Counted from the first letter of the stretch, positions 1 to 10,991 are shown. The stretch: DNA of 64,000 nt from Deltaproteobacteria bacterium HGW-Deltaproteobacteria-12 (GCA_002840565.1 PHBK01000014.1:58503-122502), one strand, 5' to 3'. Notes: generated from the sequence alone by a model not told the origin. Translations and numbers: made by a program.

Positions 1-2
1 CG

Positions 3-1328
3 CACCGTGTCAGTTACCGTTTCCGGGTCATGGATGATTCTTATCGCTGGTTTTCCGATTACTGGAGGATCATCCCGCTGCCCGCCAGTTTATCGACTTA
101 CATTGTCGGTGCCTGGCAGGATGTGACGGAAGATAAAAGAGTCCGGCAGGAAGGTGAACTGCGCCTCCAGCAAATGATGCAAACCCATAAGCTTACCGCC
201 CTGGGGGAAGTTGTTGCCGGTGTTGCCCATGAAATCAATAACCCCATCAGTTTTATCGCCTACAATGTTCCTGTGCTGGAAGAAATCTGGAGCAACGTTG
301 AGGCAATCCTTGCTGACAACAAAGTAACCTCTGACGTCTGGAAGAGGAAGGGACTAAGTCAGCAGGATGTATTTCAGCATATGCGGGAGATTATTCGGGC
401 CTTCAAAATTGGCGGAAACAGGATCAACCGGATTATCTCCCATCTGAAGGAATTCTCCCGTTCCGACGAAACAACCCGCAAGAAACCAGTCGCTATCCAG
501 GATGTTATCCAGGGGGCGCTGATCATTGTCGGGGCCCAGGTGAGAACTACCGTATCAAAAATAGATTTGAGAATCGCCGAAAATATTCCTCCCACCTACG
601 GACATTTTCAAAAGATAGAGCAGGTGATCACTAATCTCATGATGAACGCGCATCAGGCGATTAAAGAAGGAAAGAAAGGACAAATGATCGTCCGTTGCCG
701 GCACATCGAGAGATTAAATGCTGTCGTCGTAGATATCGAGGACAATGGCAAAGGAATGGAGCGGGAGATTGTTGATCATATATTCGATCCCTTTTTTACG
801 ACGCGCCGGGAAAGGGGCGGCACCGGTCTGGGGCTTTCGATCTCCTATGGTCTGGTCAGGGAGCATAACGGGATTATCGGTGTTTATTCGCGTCCCGGCC
901 TGGGCAGTCGTTTCTCTATTTTTCTGCCGGTGGACAGAGAAACTAATATCAGCCTCTATCCGGCGATTCTCTTCATTGATCATAATGTAAAATTCCTGAA
1001 ACAACTGAAGACAAACTTCGTCGATGCCGTGATCTGGAGATCGGAACCGGATGACAAAATAGAGGATATTATCGGCTTTCTGGAGGAATACCCTGAGGTG
1101 GATATAGTGGTTTCGGAAATTCAGTTAAAGGGTTTTGACGGCTGGAATCTTTTGTCTGAGATTAAAAGCCGCTTTCCCCTGATGCCCGTAATCCTCTATT
1201 CAGGCGATAAAAAAGCGATCAGGCCGCCGGAGGAAATTACCGCTGTTCCTGATCTGATACTGCATAAACCGTTCAATATTGATAAACTGCAGGAAATTAT
1301 CCACAAGCTGGGGAGACAAAGGTTATGA
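3..1328 (+). CDS. PAS-containing hybrid sensor histidine kinase (5'-truncated by window edge)
   Basis: Frame is open from position 3 (HRVSYRFRVMDDSYRWFSD, PAS_3-like). H-box AHEINNP, N-box NLMMNA, G1 DNGKGM, F-box PFFTT, G2 GTGLGL, C-terminal receiver-like domain. Confidence 0.9.
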   Translation, partial: HRVSYRFRVMDDSYRWFSDYWRIIPLPASLSTYIVGAWQDVTEDKRVRQEGELRLQQMMQTHKLTALGEVVAGVAHEINNPISFIAYNVPVLEEIWSNVEAILADNKVTSDVWKRKGLSQQDVFQHMREIIRAFKIGGNRINRIISHLKEFSRSDETTRKKPVAIQDVIQGALIIVGAQVRTTVSKIDLRIAENIPPTYGHFQKIEQVITNLMMNAHQAIKEGKKGQMIVRCRHIERLNAVVVDIEDNGKGMEREIVDHIFDPFFTTRRERGGTGLGLSISYGLVREHNGIIGVYSRPGLGSRFSIFLPVDRETNISLYPAILFIDHNVKFLKQLKTNFVDAVIWRSEPDDKIEDIIGFLEEYPEVDIVVSEIQLKGFDGWNLLSEIKSRFPLMPVILYSGDKKAIRPPEEITAVPDLILHKPFNIDKLQEIIHKLGRQRL

Positions 1329-2689
1329 GAATTCTGATTGTCGATGATGAAAAAGTTTCTCTCACATCAGTGCGGAGAGTTCTGCAGTGGCGGGGAATAA
1401 AGGATGTGGAAATCTGCGATAACGGCAAGGATGCCATCAAGAGGATTTCGGAAGGGGATTTTGACATCGTTCTGCTGGATCTGCTGATGCCCGATGTTGA
1501 TGGAATGCAGGTTCTGGAAGCCACTAAGTTATTTCGTCCGCGGACGGAATTCATCATTCTGACGGCGGTTGATGACATTGCGACGACAGTCAAGGCTATC
1601 CGTCAGGGAGCTTATGACTACCTCGTCAAGCCTGTGGACAATGAACTTCTTTTTCTCTCCATAGACAGGGCCTACGAAAGGAAAGGACTGCTGGCGGGAT
1701 TGTCCACATCGGTAAGCGGCGACGGAATCAATGTTCCCGCTGCGTTTTCCGGCATCATTACTGCAAATTCGCGCATGAAAGCCCTCATCGCCTATGCGCA
1801 GGTTATGGCCCGCAGCGGCAATCCCGTAATGATCACCGGAGAGTCCGGAACGGGCAAGGAACTAATGGCCCGCGGCATTCATCGAGCCGGCCCCGCTCCC
1901 GAAGGTCCCTTTGTCGCGGTTAATGTTTCGGCGATCCCGGCAACGATGTTTGAAAGCCAGTTCTTCGGCCATACGCGGGGGGCTTTTACCGGGGCTGACA
2001 ATCCTCACCAGGGATTCTTCGAGCAGGCTGACGGCGGCACTCTTTTCCTCGACGAGATCGGCGAACTGCCCATAGGTTTGCAATCAAAACTCCTGCGCGT
2101 TCTGGAAGACAAAACTTTCACCCCTCTGGGAGGATCACGGGCCATCCATGTTGATGTCCGTCTCATCTCGGCCACCAATGCCGATATTGATCAGGCCTGT
2201 CAGGAAGGCAAATTTCGTCTGGACCTCCTTTACCGGCTGAAATCCGCCTGTATTCATCTGCCGCCGTTGAGAGAGAAGAAAGATGATATTCCTGGTCTCG
2301 CTTTATATTTTCTGCAAAAATCCAGTGATCGGCACGGCAAGAAAATCCGGAGTTTCAGCCGGGAGGCCATGGATGTCTTAGTTTCCCAGGATTATCCTGG
2401 TAATATCCGGGAGTTGTCCCAGTTAGTGGAGAACGCTGTTATTCTGGCTGAGCCGCCGGTAATCCTGCCCGTTCATTTAGGCGAGATGAGGCAACCGTCG
2501 CCGCCTTCCGCCGTTTCGGCTCTCTGCACGCTGAAAGAAAACTATGATCGTCATCTTTCCTTTGTCCTGAACCACACGAAGGGCGATCGCCGGGAGACGG
2601 CAAGAATCCTGGGAATTACAGTAAGGCAGCTGCAGAGGAAACTGGCCACAATGAAATTGTTGTCCGGAAAACAGAGTATAATAATTTAG
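1325..2689 (+). CDS. Sigma54-dependent response regulator (NtrC family)
   Basis: REC domain (ILIVDDE, DLLMP, KP), Walker A GESGTGKE, GAFTGA loop, Walker B LFLDEIGE, C-terminal Fis HTH. Overlaps the kinase stop codon. Confidence 0.95.
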   Translation: MRILIVDDEKVSLTSVRRVLQWRGIKDVEICDNGKDAIKRISEGDFDIVLLDLLMPDVDGMQVLEATKLFRPRTEFIILTAVDDIATTVKAIRQGAYDYLVKPVDNELLFLSIDRAYERKGLLAGLSTSVSGDGINVPAAFSGIITANSRMKALIAYAQVMARSGNPVMITGESGTGKELMARGIHRAGPAPEGPFVAVNVSAIPATMFESQFFGHTRGAFTGADNPHQGFFEQADGGTLFLDEIGELPIGLQSKLLRVLEDKTFTPLGGSRAIHVDVRLISATNADIDQACQEGKFRLDLLYRLKSACIHLPPLREKKDDIPGLALYFLQKSSDRHGKKIRSFSREAMDVLVSQDYPGNIRELSQLVENAVILAEPPVILPVHLGEMRQPSPPSAVSALCTLKENYDRHLSFVLNHTKGDRRETARILGITVRQLQRKLATMKLLSGKQSIII

Positions 2690-2747
2690 AGTTTTTTATG
2701 ATATTCAATCAGTAATCGAATTTAACAAATTAGATAAGGGAGATCAA

Positions 2748-3611
2748 ATGAATTGGGTTTCCATTGACCATACGAAGTGCAACAGCTGCGGCCTCTGCCT
2801 CCTTCGATGCCCCGGTGTTTTCAGCAAAGTGGATGGCGCAATTGTCGCCTCCGCGGACGCAAGCAACTGTAACATCTGCGGGCACTGCATATCGTTGTGC
2901 AAACCCGGGGCGATTGCCCACGGTGAAATGGACATGATGAACTTTCCTGCTGTCAATGAGGATGCTAATTTTGAGACGGAAAAGTTTATCCAATTCCTGC
3001 GGAACCGGAGAAGCCACCGGCACTTTAAAAATAAAGCCATACCGCGGCCCGATCTGGAAAAGCTGATCGATGCCTGCCGTTACGCACCCACCGGCAGCAA
3101 TGCCCAATCCGTGGAACTAATAGTCCTGGAGAGTCGCGGCAAGATAAAGAGGCTTTCGGATTACATCGTTGATTTCTTTATTTCCACAGGAGGTCAGCTC
3201 CAGCAGTATTTTGAACAGTTAGCCGCGGAAGGTAAAGAGCCGCCGGATAATCTGGTCAGGGTCCGCCGATATGGGGACAGGTTCAAACTGGCAAGGGAAG
3301 CAAGACAGGATCCGATCTTCTATGATGCCCCCGCAGTCCTGATCTTTCATGCCGCTCAGGATGGGAGCGCCCCTAAGGACGACTGCGTCATTGCTTCCAC
3401 AACCCTGAGTCTTCTGGCCAGGACAATGGGCATTGAATCCACGTATATCGGCCTTCTTGTTGGTGCGTCCAGGGGAAACCGGGAGATTTATGCCGAACTG
3501 CAACTGCCTGAGGGCAATGAAATCATGTCGGCGCTGGTTCTGGGTTACCCGAGACTGAAGTACCTGTATGCTGTGGATCGGAAGCCGATCCGGACGCGAT
3601 GGGAACCCTAA
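2748..3611 (+). CDS. Nitroreductase family protein with N-terminal 2x[4Fe-4S] ferredoxin
   Basis: CNSCGLCLLRCP and CNICGHCISLCK motifs; RRSHRHF and APTGSNAQ nitroreductase motifs. Confidence 0.9.
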   Translation: MNWVSIDHTKCNSCGLCLLRCPGVFSKVDGAIVASADASNCNICGHCISLCKPGAIAHGEMDMMNFPAVNEDANFETEKFIQFLRNRRSHRHFKNKAIPRPDLEKLIDACRYAPTGSNAQSVELIVLESRGKIKRLSDYIVDFFISTGGQLQQYFEQLAAEGKEPPDNLVRVRRYGDRFKLAREARQDPIFYDAPAVLIFHAAQDGSAPKDDCVIASTTLSLLARTMGIESTYIGLLVGASRGNREIYAELQLPEGNEIMSALVLGYPRLKYLYAVDRKPIRTRWEP

Positions 3612-3702
3612 CCATAGGGACATGCCTTAAAATCTTGTTTCTCCATTCTGTCTTTTTGTGATACATTCCCCAATGAAATGAATAGGAAATGGATGAATTT
3701 AT

Positions 3703-4770
3703 ATGAATAGATACTGGAGCAGGACTGTCCAAAGCATCAACCCCTATACCCCCGGGGAACAGCCGAAAGACCGCAAATATATAAAACTCAATACCAATGA
3801 AAATCCCTATCCGCCTTCTCCGGAAGTAATTGCGGCAATCAAGCGTTCGGCTGATGCAAGTCTCCGGCTTTACCCGGATCCAACCTGTGAGAATCTTCGG
3901 GCCGCTATAGCCGAATACTATCGTCTCGGGAAAGAGCAGGTTTTTATCGGCAACGGTTCAGACGAGTTACTGGCTTTTTCGTTTCCGGCTTTCTTTGAAC
4001 CGGCAGGCAAACCGGTGCTTTTCGCTGAAGTAACCTACAGTTTTTATCCCGTATACGCCGCTTTTTTTAATACCCGCTATCGGCTGATTCCTGTGGATGA
4101 GCAATTTAACATTCGCCCTGACGGATACTACGAGGAGAATGGAGGGATTATTATTGCCAATCCCAATGCCCCCACCGGGAAAGGTTTTTCCGGCAAGGAG
4201 ATAGAAGCGATACTCAGCCGGAACGAAAACAGTGTCGTCATCATTGATGAGGCCTATGTGGACTTCGGCGGTCGATCGGCGGTAAATCTAATCAACAACT
4301 ATCCGAATTTGCTGGTGATCAAAACCCTGTCCAAATCGCATTCACTGGCGGGATTGCGGGTAGGTTACGCCATGGGAAATGAAGGATTGATTGAGGGAAT
4401 AATCCGGGTTAAAGATTCGTTTAACTCTTACACTGTTGATCGTCTGGCCCTGGCCGGAGCAGCCGCAGCGATTAGGGACGACGCTTATTTTCAAGAAACA
4501 AGATCGAAAATCATCAAGACCCGCGAGCGGGTAGTAACGAGGCTTTTGGAAATGGGTATCAAGGTTATCCCTTCCCAGGCCAACTTCATTTTCATCAGCT
4601 CTGATCAATGTCCCGGTGGCATCCTGTTTCAGCGGCTCAGAGAAAAAGGGATTCTGGTCCGGTATTTTAACAAGCCCAGGATTGATAACTTTATTCGGGT
4701 GACCATCGGAACAGATGCGGAAATGGATAGTTTTCTGGATGCACTGGCCGCTATTTCCTCAACCGGCTAG
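3703..4770 (+). CDS. hisC: Histidinol-phosphate aminotransferase
   Basis: PYTPGEQP, KLNTNENPY, GNGSDE, NPNAPTG, DEAYVDF, TLSKSHSLAGLRVGY. Confidence 0.93.
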   Translation: MNRYWSRTVQSINPYTPGEQPKDRKYIKLNTNENPYPPSPEVIAAIKRSADASLRLYPDPTCENLRAAIAEYYRLGKEQVFIGNGSDELLAFSFPAFFEPAGKPVLFAEVTYSFYPVYAAFFNTRYRLIPVDEQFNIRPDGYYEENGGIIIANPNAPTGKGFSGKEIEAILSRNENSVVIIDEAYVDFGGRSAVNLINNYPNLLVIKTLSKSHSLAGLRVGYAMGNEGLIEGIIRVKDSFNSYTVDRLALAGAAAAIRDDAYFQETRSKIIKTRERVVTRLLEMGIKVIPSQANFIFISSDQCPGGILFQRLREKGILVRYFNKPRIDNFIRVTIGTDAEMDSFLDALAAISSTG

Positions 4771-4835
4771 CAAACAGCTTTCGACATGCCCGGAGACCTG
4801 ATGATATATCTTGATGCGCCGGCCGGAAGTACAGT

Positions 4836-5771
4836 TCAATTCCGGGGCTTTGCCTTTGCCAGCAGACGTCCGGCAAAGCGTTGAACACGCCGGGACAAAG
4901 GCAGGCTGGCGTTAATTCGGGACAGGGCGTCGCTGGTCGCTTCCTCACCGATTTTGATCATTTCCTTGGACCGGCTGAAATCACTCCAATGCAGGGAGCC
5001 AACCGCCGGATGAATGACGACGTCCGCGCTTTTGAGTTCCTCGGCCTGCAGCGCTCCGGACGTGATTTCTCCCGCGCGGTAGATAACATCCGTTGCCGTT
5101 TCCATCCGGAAATCCTGAGGCAGTTCGCGGTCCACCATAACGGCAATGACGGTGTCGGCGCCGGCCGTCCGGGCTGCATAAACCGGGACCAGGCTGGTGA
5201 TGCCCCCGTCGGCCAGCAGCCATTCTCCCTTGCGAACCGGTTCCACCGCACCGGGTACGGAGCTGCTGGCCAGTACTGCCTGCCGGAGCGGACCCTCGGA
5301 AAAGACAACCTGCCGTCCGGTGATCAGATCTGTAGAGACGGCGCAAAAGGGGATTTTGGTCTGGCGTATATCAATGTCCGGAAGAAGTGAGTTGATCAGA
5401 GACTGAAAATCTTCAGCAGGCAGGATGGCCGGTTTGAAAAAAGCCTGGGCCAGTAAGTAGCGGCTTTTGACCAAGTCCAGCATTTTTTGGAGAGGTTTCT
5501 TGGGCTGGGAAGAGAGCGACAGGCCTAAAGACTTGATCGTGGAGTCCTCGAATTCGGGGCTTCTCATATAGGCATCGATTCTGGCCGAGATCTCTTTGGG
5601 TGACAGGCCGCAGGCATAAGCGCCGCCGATCAGCGCACCGACACTGGTTCCGGCTATCAGATCGATATTTATACCCTCATCCTCCAGAACCTTAAGGACG
5701 CCGATATGAGCCATTCCGCGAACGCCGCCGCCGCCCAAAGCAAGCCCCACTTTATTGCCGTACCATGTCAT
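4836..5771 (-). CDS. Patatin-like phospholipase (RssA/NTE family)
   Basis: LALGGGGVRG oxyanion motif, GTSVG nucleophile elbow, DGG motif. Confidence 0.92.
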   Translation of the reverse strand: MTWYGNKVGLALGGGGVRGMAHIGVLKVLEDEGINIDLIAGTSVGALIGGAYACGLSPKEISARIDAYMRSPEFEDSTIKSLGLSLSSQPKKPLQKMLDLVKSRYLLAQAFFKPAILPAEDFQSLINSLLPDIDIRQTKIPFCAVSTDLITGRQVVFSEGPLRQAVLASSSVPGAVEPVRKGEWLLADGGITSLVPVYAARTAGADTVIAVMVDRELPQDFRMETATDVIYRAGEITSGALQAEELKSADVVIHPAVGSLHWSDFSRSKEMIKIGEEATSDALSRINASLPLSRRVQRFAGRLLAKAKPRN

Positions 5772-5876
5772 AATCCGTCGCCATCACTTTTTGTGTCTTA
5801 ACGTACCGCTCTTTTAAACTTCCAAAAATAATACAGCTTCTGACCATTAATGCAAGCCTTAACTCAATGGGCATTT

Positions 5877-5993
5877 ATGACATTTAAGTCGCTCCGGATG
5901 ACAAAAACGTCGTCCCGGGCGATCCTTTGATCAGCATGCGTCCGGCGTGTCCGGTGCGTAAATCAGGATCTTTGTCCATGACATTAAGTTCAT
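5877..5993. promoter_or_regulatory. Three ATGAC-N6-GTCRY-like palindromic boxes, putative upstream activator sites
   Basis: ATGACatttaaGTCGC (5877), ATGACaaaaacGTCGT (5898, 21 bp later), ATGACattaagTTCAT (5978). All lie 80-190 bp upstream of a sigma54 motif. Confidence 0.55.
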
Positions 5994-6069
5994 TTATCAG
6001 TCGGCGGTCTTTTCCGGGATGATTCCATCAATTCAAGTATAGCAGCCGTTTGCGGAAAAATGAAGACGG

Positions 6070-6085
6070 TGGCATGGCTGTTGCT
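6070..6085 (+). promoter_or_regulatory. Sigma54 (-24/-12) promoter
   Basis: TGGCAT-GGCTG-TTGCT matches TGGCAC-N5-TTGCW with correct spacing, 57 bp before the ORF at 6143. Confidence 0.75.
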
Positions 6086-6142
6086 TTATAATAGAGAAAA
6101 TAATCGCTTGGCAAATCTTTCTTTGGGGAAAGGATACTGCCT

Positions 6143-6598
6143 GTGCTGCCATCATTAAAGCTGCTCGATTTAATGGCCAATAATGCGGATACAATTGCCC
6201 GGCAATGGGTTAAGGATGTTGCCCGAAATCCCAAAACTCCTTATTATCATAACCTGAACGAAGATAAGATCATACCTCAAGCGGTCGAATTTTATAAACA
6301 GTTAAGCCGCGTTTATACAGACAAGGATCCCTTTACATCAATTCAGAAGTTTATGGGGAAATTCGCCGAAGCGTTGTTTAATGACGGCATTCCTCTCCAT
6401 GAAGCGCTTTACGCCATAGTTCTTATGCGGCGTCATATCTGGCTCTATGCGGAATTTCAGGCTATATTCGTTACTGTTGTTGAACAATTGCAGGCGATGG
6501 ACGCACTGACGCGAACCATTCTTATGTTTGACTATATTTCCTATTCATTGACGGAAAAGTACGTAATGTTAATGAGTAGCGGTACCAAGAAAAAATAA
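6143..6598 (+). CDS. Stand-alone helical protein, RsbRD-N/non-heme globin-like sensor domain
   Basis: GTG start after AAGGA. Pattern NADTIARQWVKDV...TPYYH...DGIPLHEALYAIVLMRRHIW resembles RsbRD_N-type domains. Ends 18 bp before atpD. Confidence 0.6.
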   Translation: MLPSLKLLDLMANNADTIARQWVKDVARNPKTPYYHNLNEDKIIPQAVEFYKQLSRVYTDKDPFTSIQKFMGKFAEALFNDGIPLHEALYAIVLMRRHIWLYAEFQAIFVTVVEQLQAMDALTRTILMFDYISYSLTEKYVMLMSSGTKKK

Positions 6599-6613
6599 TG
6601 AAGAGGTGATTGA

Positions 6614-8370
<1,757 letters not shown>

Positions 8371-8372
<2 letters not shown>

Positions 8373-8491
8373 GGAAAAAGGAGAAAAGAGTAGGAACAAG
8401 GAGAAAGGAAAAAGGGAAAAGAAAAAAGAAAAAAGAAATAAGCCTCGAACCTTGTGCCTTGTGCCTTGTACCTTGTACCTTGAACCTTGAG
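8371..8491. repeat. Heptamer tandem-repeat tract (about 10 purine-rich AGGARAA-like units, then 7 CCTTGNN units)
   Basis: cctcgaa ccttgtg ccttgtg ccttgta ccttgta ccttgaa ccttgag at 8443-8491, preceded by a 7-periodic purine tract at 8371-8442. Confidence 0.85.
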
Positions 8492-8501
8492 AGGTTTAAA
8501 C

Positions 8502-8834
8502 ATGGTTGAAATAAAACGAACATCCGACGGTAGGCGCCGAAAAATGGCCGACCATTTTACCAAAGAGGTTGCCAGGAAAGAAGCACTTCGCCTGAAGGGG
8601 CTGCGTCATAAAGATGAAACCGTCTGGTTCGGTCTGGGCATGATGGGCATAGTTGGCTGGGCGGTCGCCATCCCGACGCTGATCGGCGTTGCCCTGGGGC
8701 TCTGGATCGACCGCACCTGGCCCAGCCAGTATTCCTGGGCTTTGATGCTGATGATTGCCGGCGTTGTCATAGGCTGTATCAATGCCGCCTATTGGGTGAG
8801 AAAAGTACGCAGTAAAATTATTGAGGAAGAATAG
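8502..8834 (+). CDS. atpQ: N-ATPase subunit AtpQ (AtpZ/AtpI family)
   Basis: VWFGLGMMGIVGWAVAIPTLIGVALGLWID signature, two TM helices. ATG 8502 follows GAGAGG. Confidence 0.88.
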   Translation: MVEIKRTSDGRRRKMADHFTKEVARKEALRLKGLRHKDETVWFGLGMMGIVGWAVAIPTLIGVALGLWIDRTWPSQYSWALMLMIAGVVIGCINAAYWVRKVRSKIIEEE

Positions 8835-8835
8835 T

Positions 8836-9132
8836 ATGACTCTGTCCACCATGATAATTCTAATGATGTCGTTTGCTGCAGGGTTGGTCCTCGGTGCATT
8901 TTACTTTGTCGCGCTGTGGCGGACGGTTAACCGCCTGTCATCAGCGACCAGTCCTGTGCGCCTGATGCTGGGAAGTCTTATCCTGCGCGTGGCTGTGGTA
9001 ACAGCAGGATTTTACTTTGTCATGGGCGGCCATTGGGAAAGACTGGCCGTGGCTATGCTGGGTTTTGTCTTGATAAGGAAAATTCTTACGTATCGTCTGG
9101 GCCCTCAAAAGGCGGCGGAAGCGGTTCATTAA
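8836..9132 (+). CDS. atpR: N-ATPase subunit AtpR
   Basis: GLVLGAFYFVALWRTV...SLILR...GFVLIR with two membrane Arg residues; lies between atpQ and atpB. Confidence 0.85.
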   Translation: MTLSTMIILMMSFAAGLVLGAFYFVALWRTVNRLSSATSPVRLMLGSLILRVAVVTAGFYFVMGGHWERLAVAMLGFVLIRKILTYRLGPQKAAEAVH

Positions 9133-9157
9133 TAATACGGCCGATCAAGGAGTACAT

Positions 9158-9883
9158 ATGGAGATTGTAACTCTTAATCAGATTAGTCCCGATCAGGTTA
9201 TTCTTTGGAGCTGGGGCTTTATTATAATCAACGCGACCATTCTCTATACATGGCTGGTTATGGGCATCCTGGTTGTCGGCTCATGGTTTGTCACGCGCAA
9301 ACTTTCCTCTGAACTGAATGTGTCACGCTGGCAGCATTTTCTGGAAGTGATTATCTCCATTATTCGGGGGGAAATCGGTGAGATGACGAAAAAAGGAGCG
9401 GATCACTATGTTCCGCTGGTCGGTACCCTCTTTCTGTTTATTTGTGTGTCCAATGTTCTGGTGATCGTGCCGGGTTTTGTCGCGCCGACTGCGTCCATAA
9501 CGACCACTGCGGCGTTGGCCACCTGTGTCTTTATTGCCGTTCCCTACTATGGGATATCGCGCAACGGTATTCTTCATTATGTGAAGGAGTATTTTCAGCC
9601 TAATTTTATTTTCTTCCCTTTCCATGTCATGGGAGAATTATCCAGAACGCTGGCCCTGACCGTTCGTCTGTTCGGTAACATCATGAGTCATGAAAAGGTC
9701 GTCGGTATCCTGTTGGCGGTTACACCGTTCCTGTTCCCGGTTGTGATGCAGATTCTGGGACTTTTGATCGGTGTGATTCAGGCCTATATCTTCGCGATCC
9801 TTTCCATGGTTTATATAGCCTCCGCGCTTTCCGCCGAGGATGACGTTCATCACGCAGTAAAGAAAGAAGGCTCTTCAGCCTGA
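9158..9883 (+). CDS. atpB: N-ATPase Fo subunit a
   Basis: ELSRTLALTVRLFGNIMS and IQAYIFAILSMVYI motifs. Confidence 0.96.
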   Translation: MEIVTLNQISPDQVILWSWGFIIINATILYTWLVMGILVVGSWFVTRKLSSELNVSRWQHFLEVIISIIRGEIGEMTKKGADHYVPLVGTLFLFICVSNVLVIVPGFVAPTASITTTAALATCVFIAVPYYGISRNGILHYVKEYFQPNFIFFPFHVMGELSRTLALTVRLFGNIMSHEKVVGILLAVTPFLFPVVMQILGLLIGVIQAYIFAILSMVYIASALSAEDDVHHAVKKEGSSA

Positions 9884-9910
9884 TAAATTTGAATTAAAGG
9901 AGGAGTATTT

Positions 9911-10177
9911 ATGGACAGTGTAAGTCTCGTCGCGATGGCATCGATTTTCGGCGCTGGTTTGGCAATGGCAATCGGTTCAATTGGCCCCGGCCTCGGTATG
10001 GGCCAGGCAATATCCCAAGCGCTGGCCGCCATAGCTCAGCAGCCGGATGAGAGGAATTCTCTGACAAGAACACTTTTCGTCGGATTGGCCATGATTGAAT
10101 CCATTGCTATTTACTGCTTTGTTATTTCCATGATTCTTATTTTTGCCAATCCTTTCTGGGGCTTCGTTATTAAGTAA
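9911..10177 (+). CDS. atpE: N-ATPase Fo subunit c
   Basis: GSIGPGLGMG, QQP loop, TLFVGLAMIESIAIY, C-terminal FANPFW. Confidence 0.96.
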   Translation: MDSVSLVAMASIFGAGLAMAIGSIGPGLGMGQAISQALAAIAQQPDERNSLTRTLFVGLAMIESIAIYCFVISMILIFANPFWGFVIK

Positions 10178-10189
10178 GGGGGATGATCC

Positions 10190-10937
10190 ATGCATATCGA
10201 CTGGTTTGTTTTTTTAGCGCAAATCTTTAATTTCCTCCTGCTCATGTACTTGCTGAAACGCTTTCTTTACGGGCGGGGAAGCAAAAATAGCCGCACGTTT
10301 TTCTGAAGCCGAAGAGCTGAAAGTCAAGGCCAGTGAGGCAGCTGAACTCTATGAAAAGCGCAACCAGTTGCTCAACGACAGGAAGGAACAGCTGCTCAAC
10401 GAGGCAACGCTGGCTGCCGATTCCAAGCGCAAGGAGCTGATGGAAAAAGTTCGCGCTGATGTTGATCAGGTCAAAACACGCTGGCAGGATATGCTGATTC
10501 GTGAGCAGAATGCCTTTTTCGCTGATCTGCGCCAGCGGGCGGCTAAACAATTATATGCCACAGCGCGCAAGGCCTTGAGCGATCTGGCTGATGCCGATCT
10601 GGAGGAACGGATTATCGACGAATTTATCCGGCGTGTCCAGGTACTTGATGAAGAAAAAAGTGTTTCCATCCGCAAGGCAATCAGCGGAGGAGGCAATCGT
10701 GTGACCATTCAGAGTGCTTTCGACATACCCGCTCCGAAACAGACAAAGATTGAGGAAGTACTGAAAAAACAGATCACTAATGGTTTCACAATCCGTTATC
10801 TGCTGGAGCCGGATATTGTGTCGGGTATTGAGTTGCGCGTGAACGGACATAAAATCGCCTGGAGCCTTAATGAATATCTGGAGACCCTGGTGGAGAGTCT
10901 GACGGAAACTCTCCAGAAAGAAGCGCATGCGGCATAG
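10190..10937 (+). pseudogene. atpF: N-ATPase subunit b (b/delta fusion), frameshifted near 10277
   Basis: ATG 10190 gives MHIDWFVFLAQIFNFLLLMYLLKRFLYGR, then TGA at 10304. The continuation EAKIAARFSEAEELK...GIELRVNGHKIAWSL is in the +1 frame and ends at 10937. Confidence 0.85.
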
Positions 10938-10991
10938 AAAGGTTTTCAGACCGAAGACTGAAGACTAGTATATGATGTCAGGAGGCATAGA

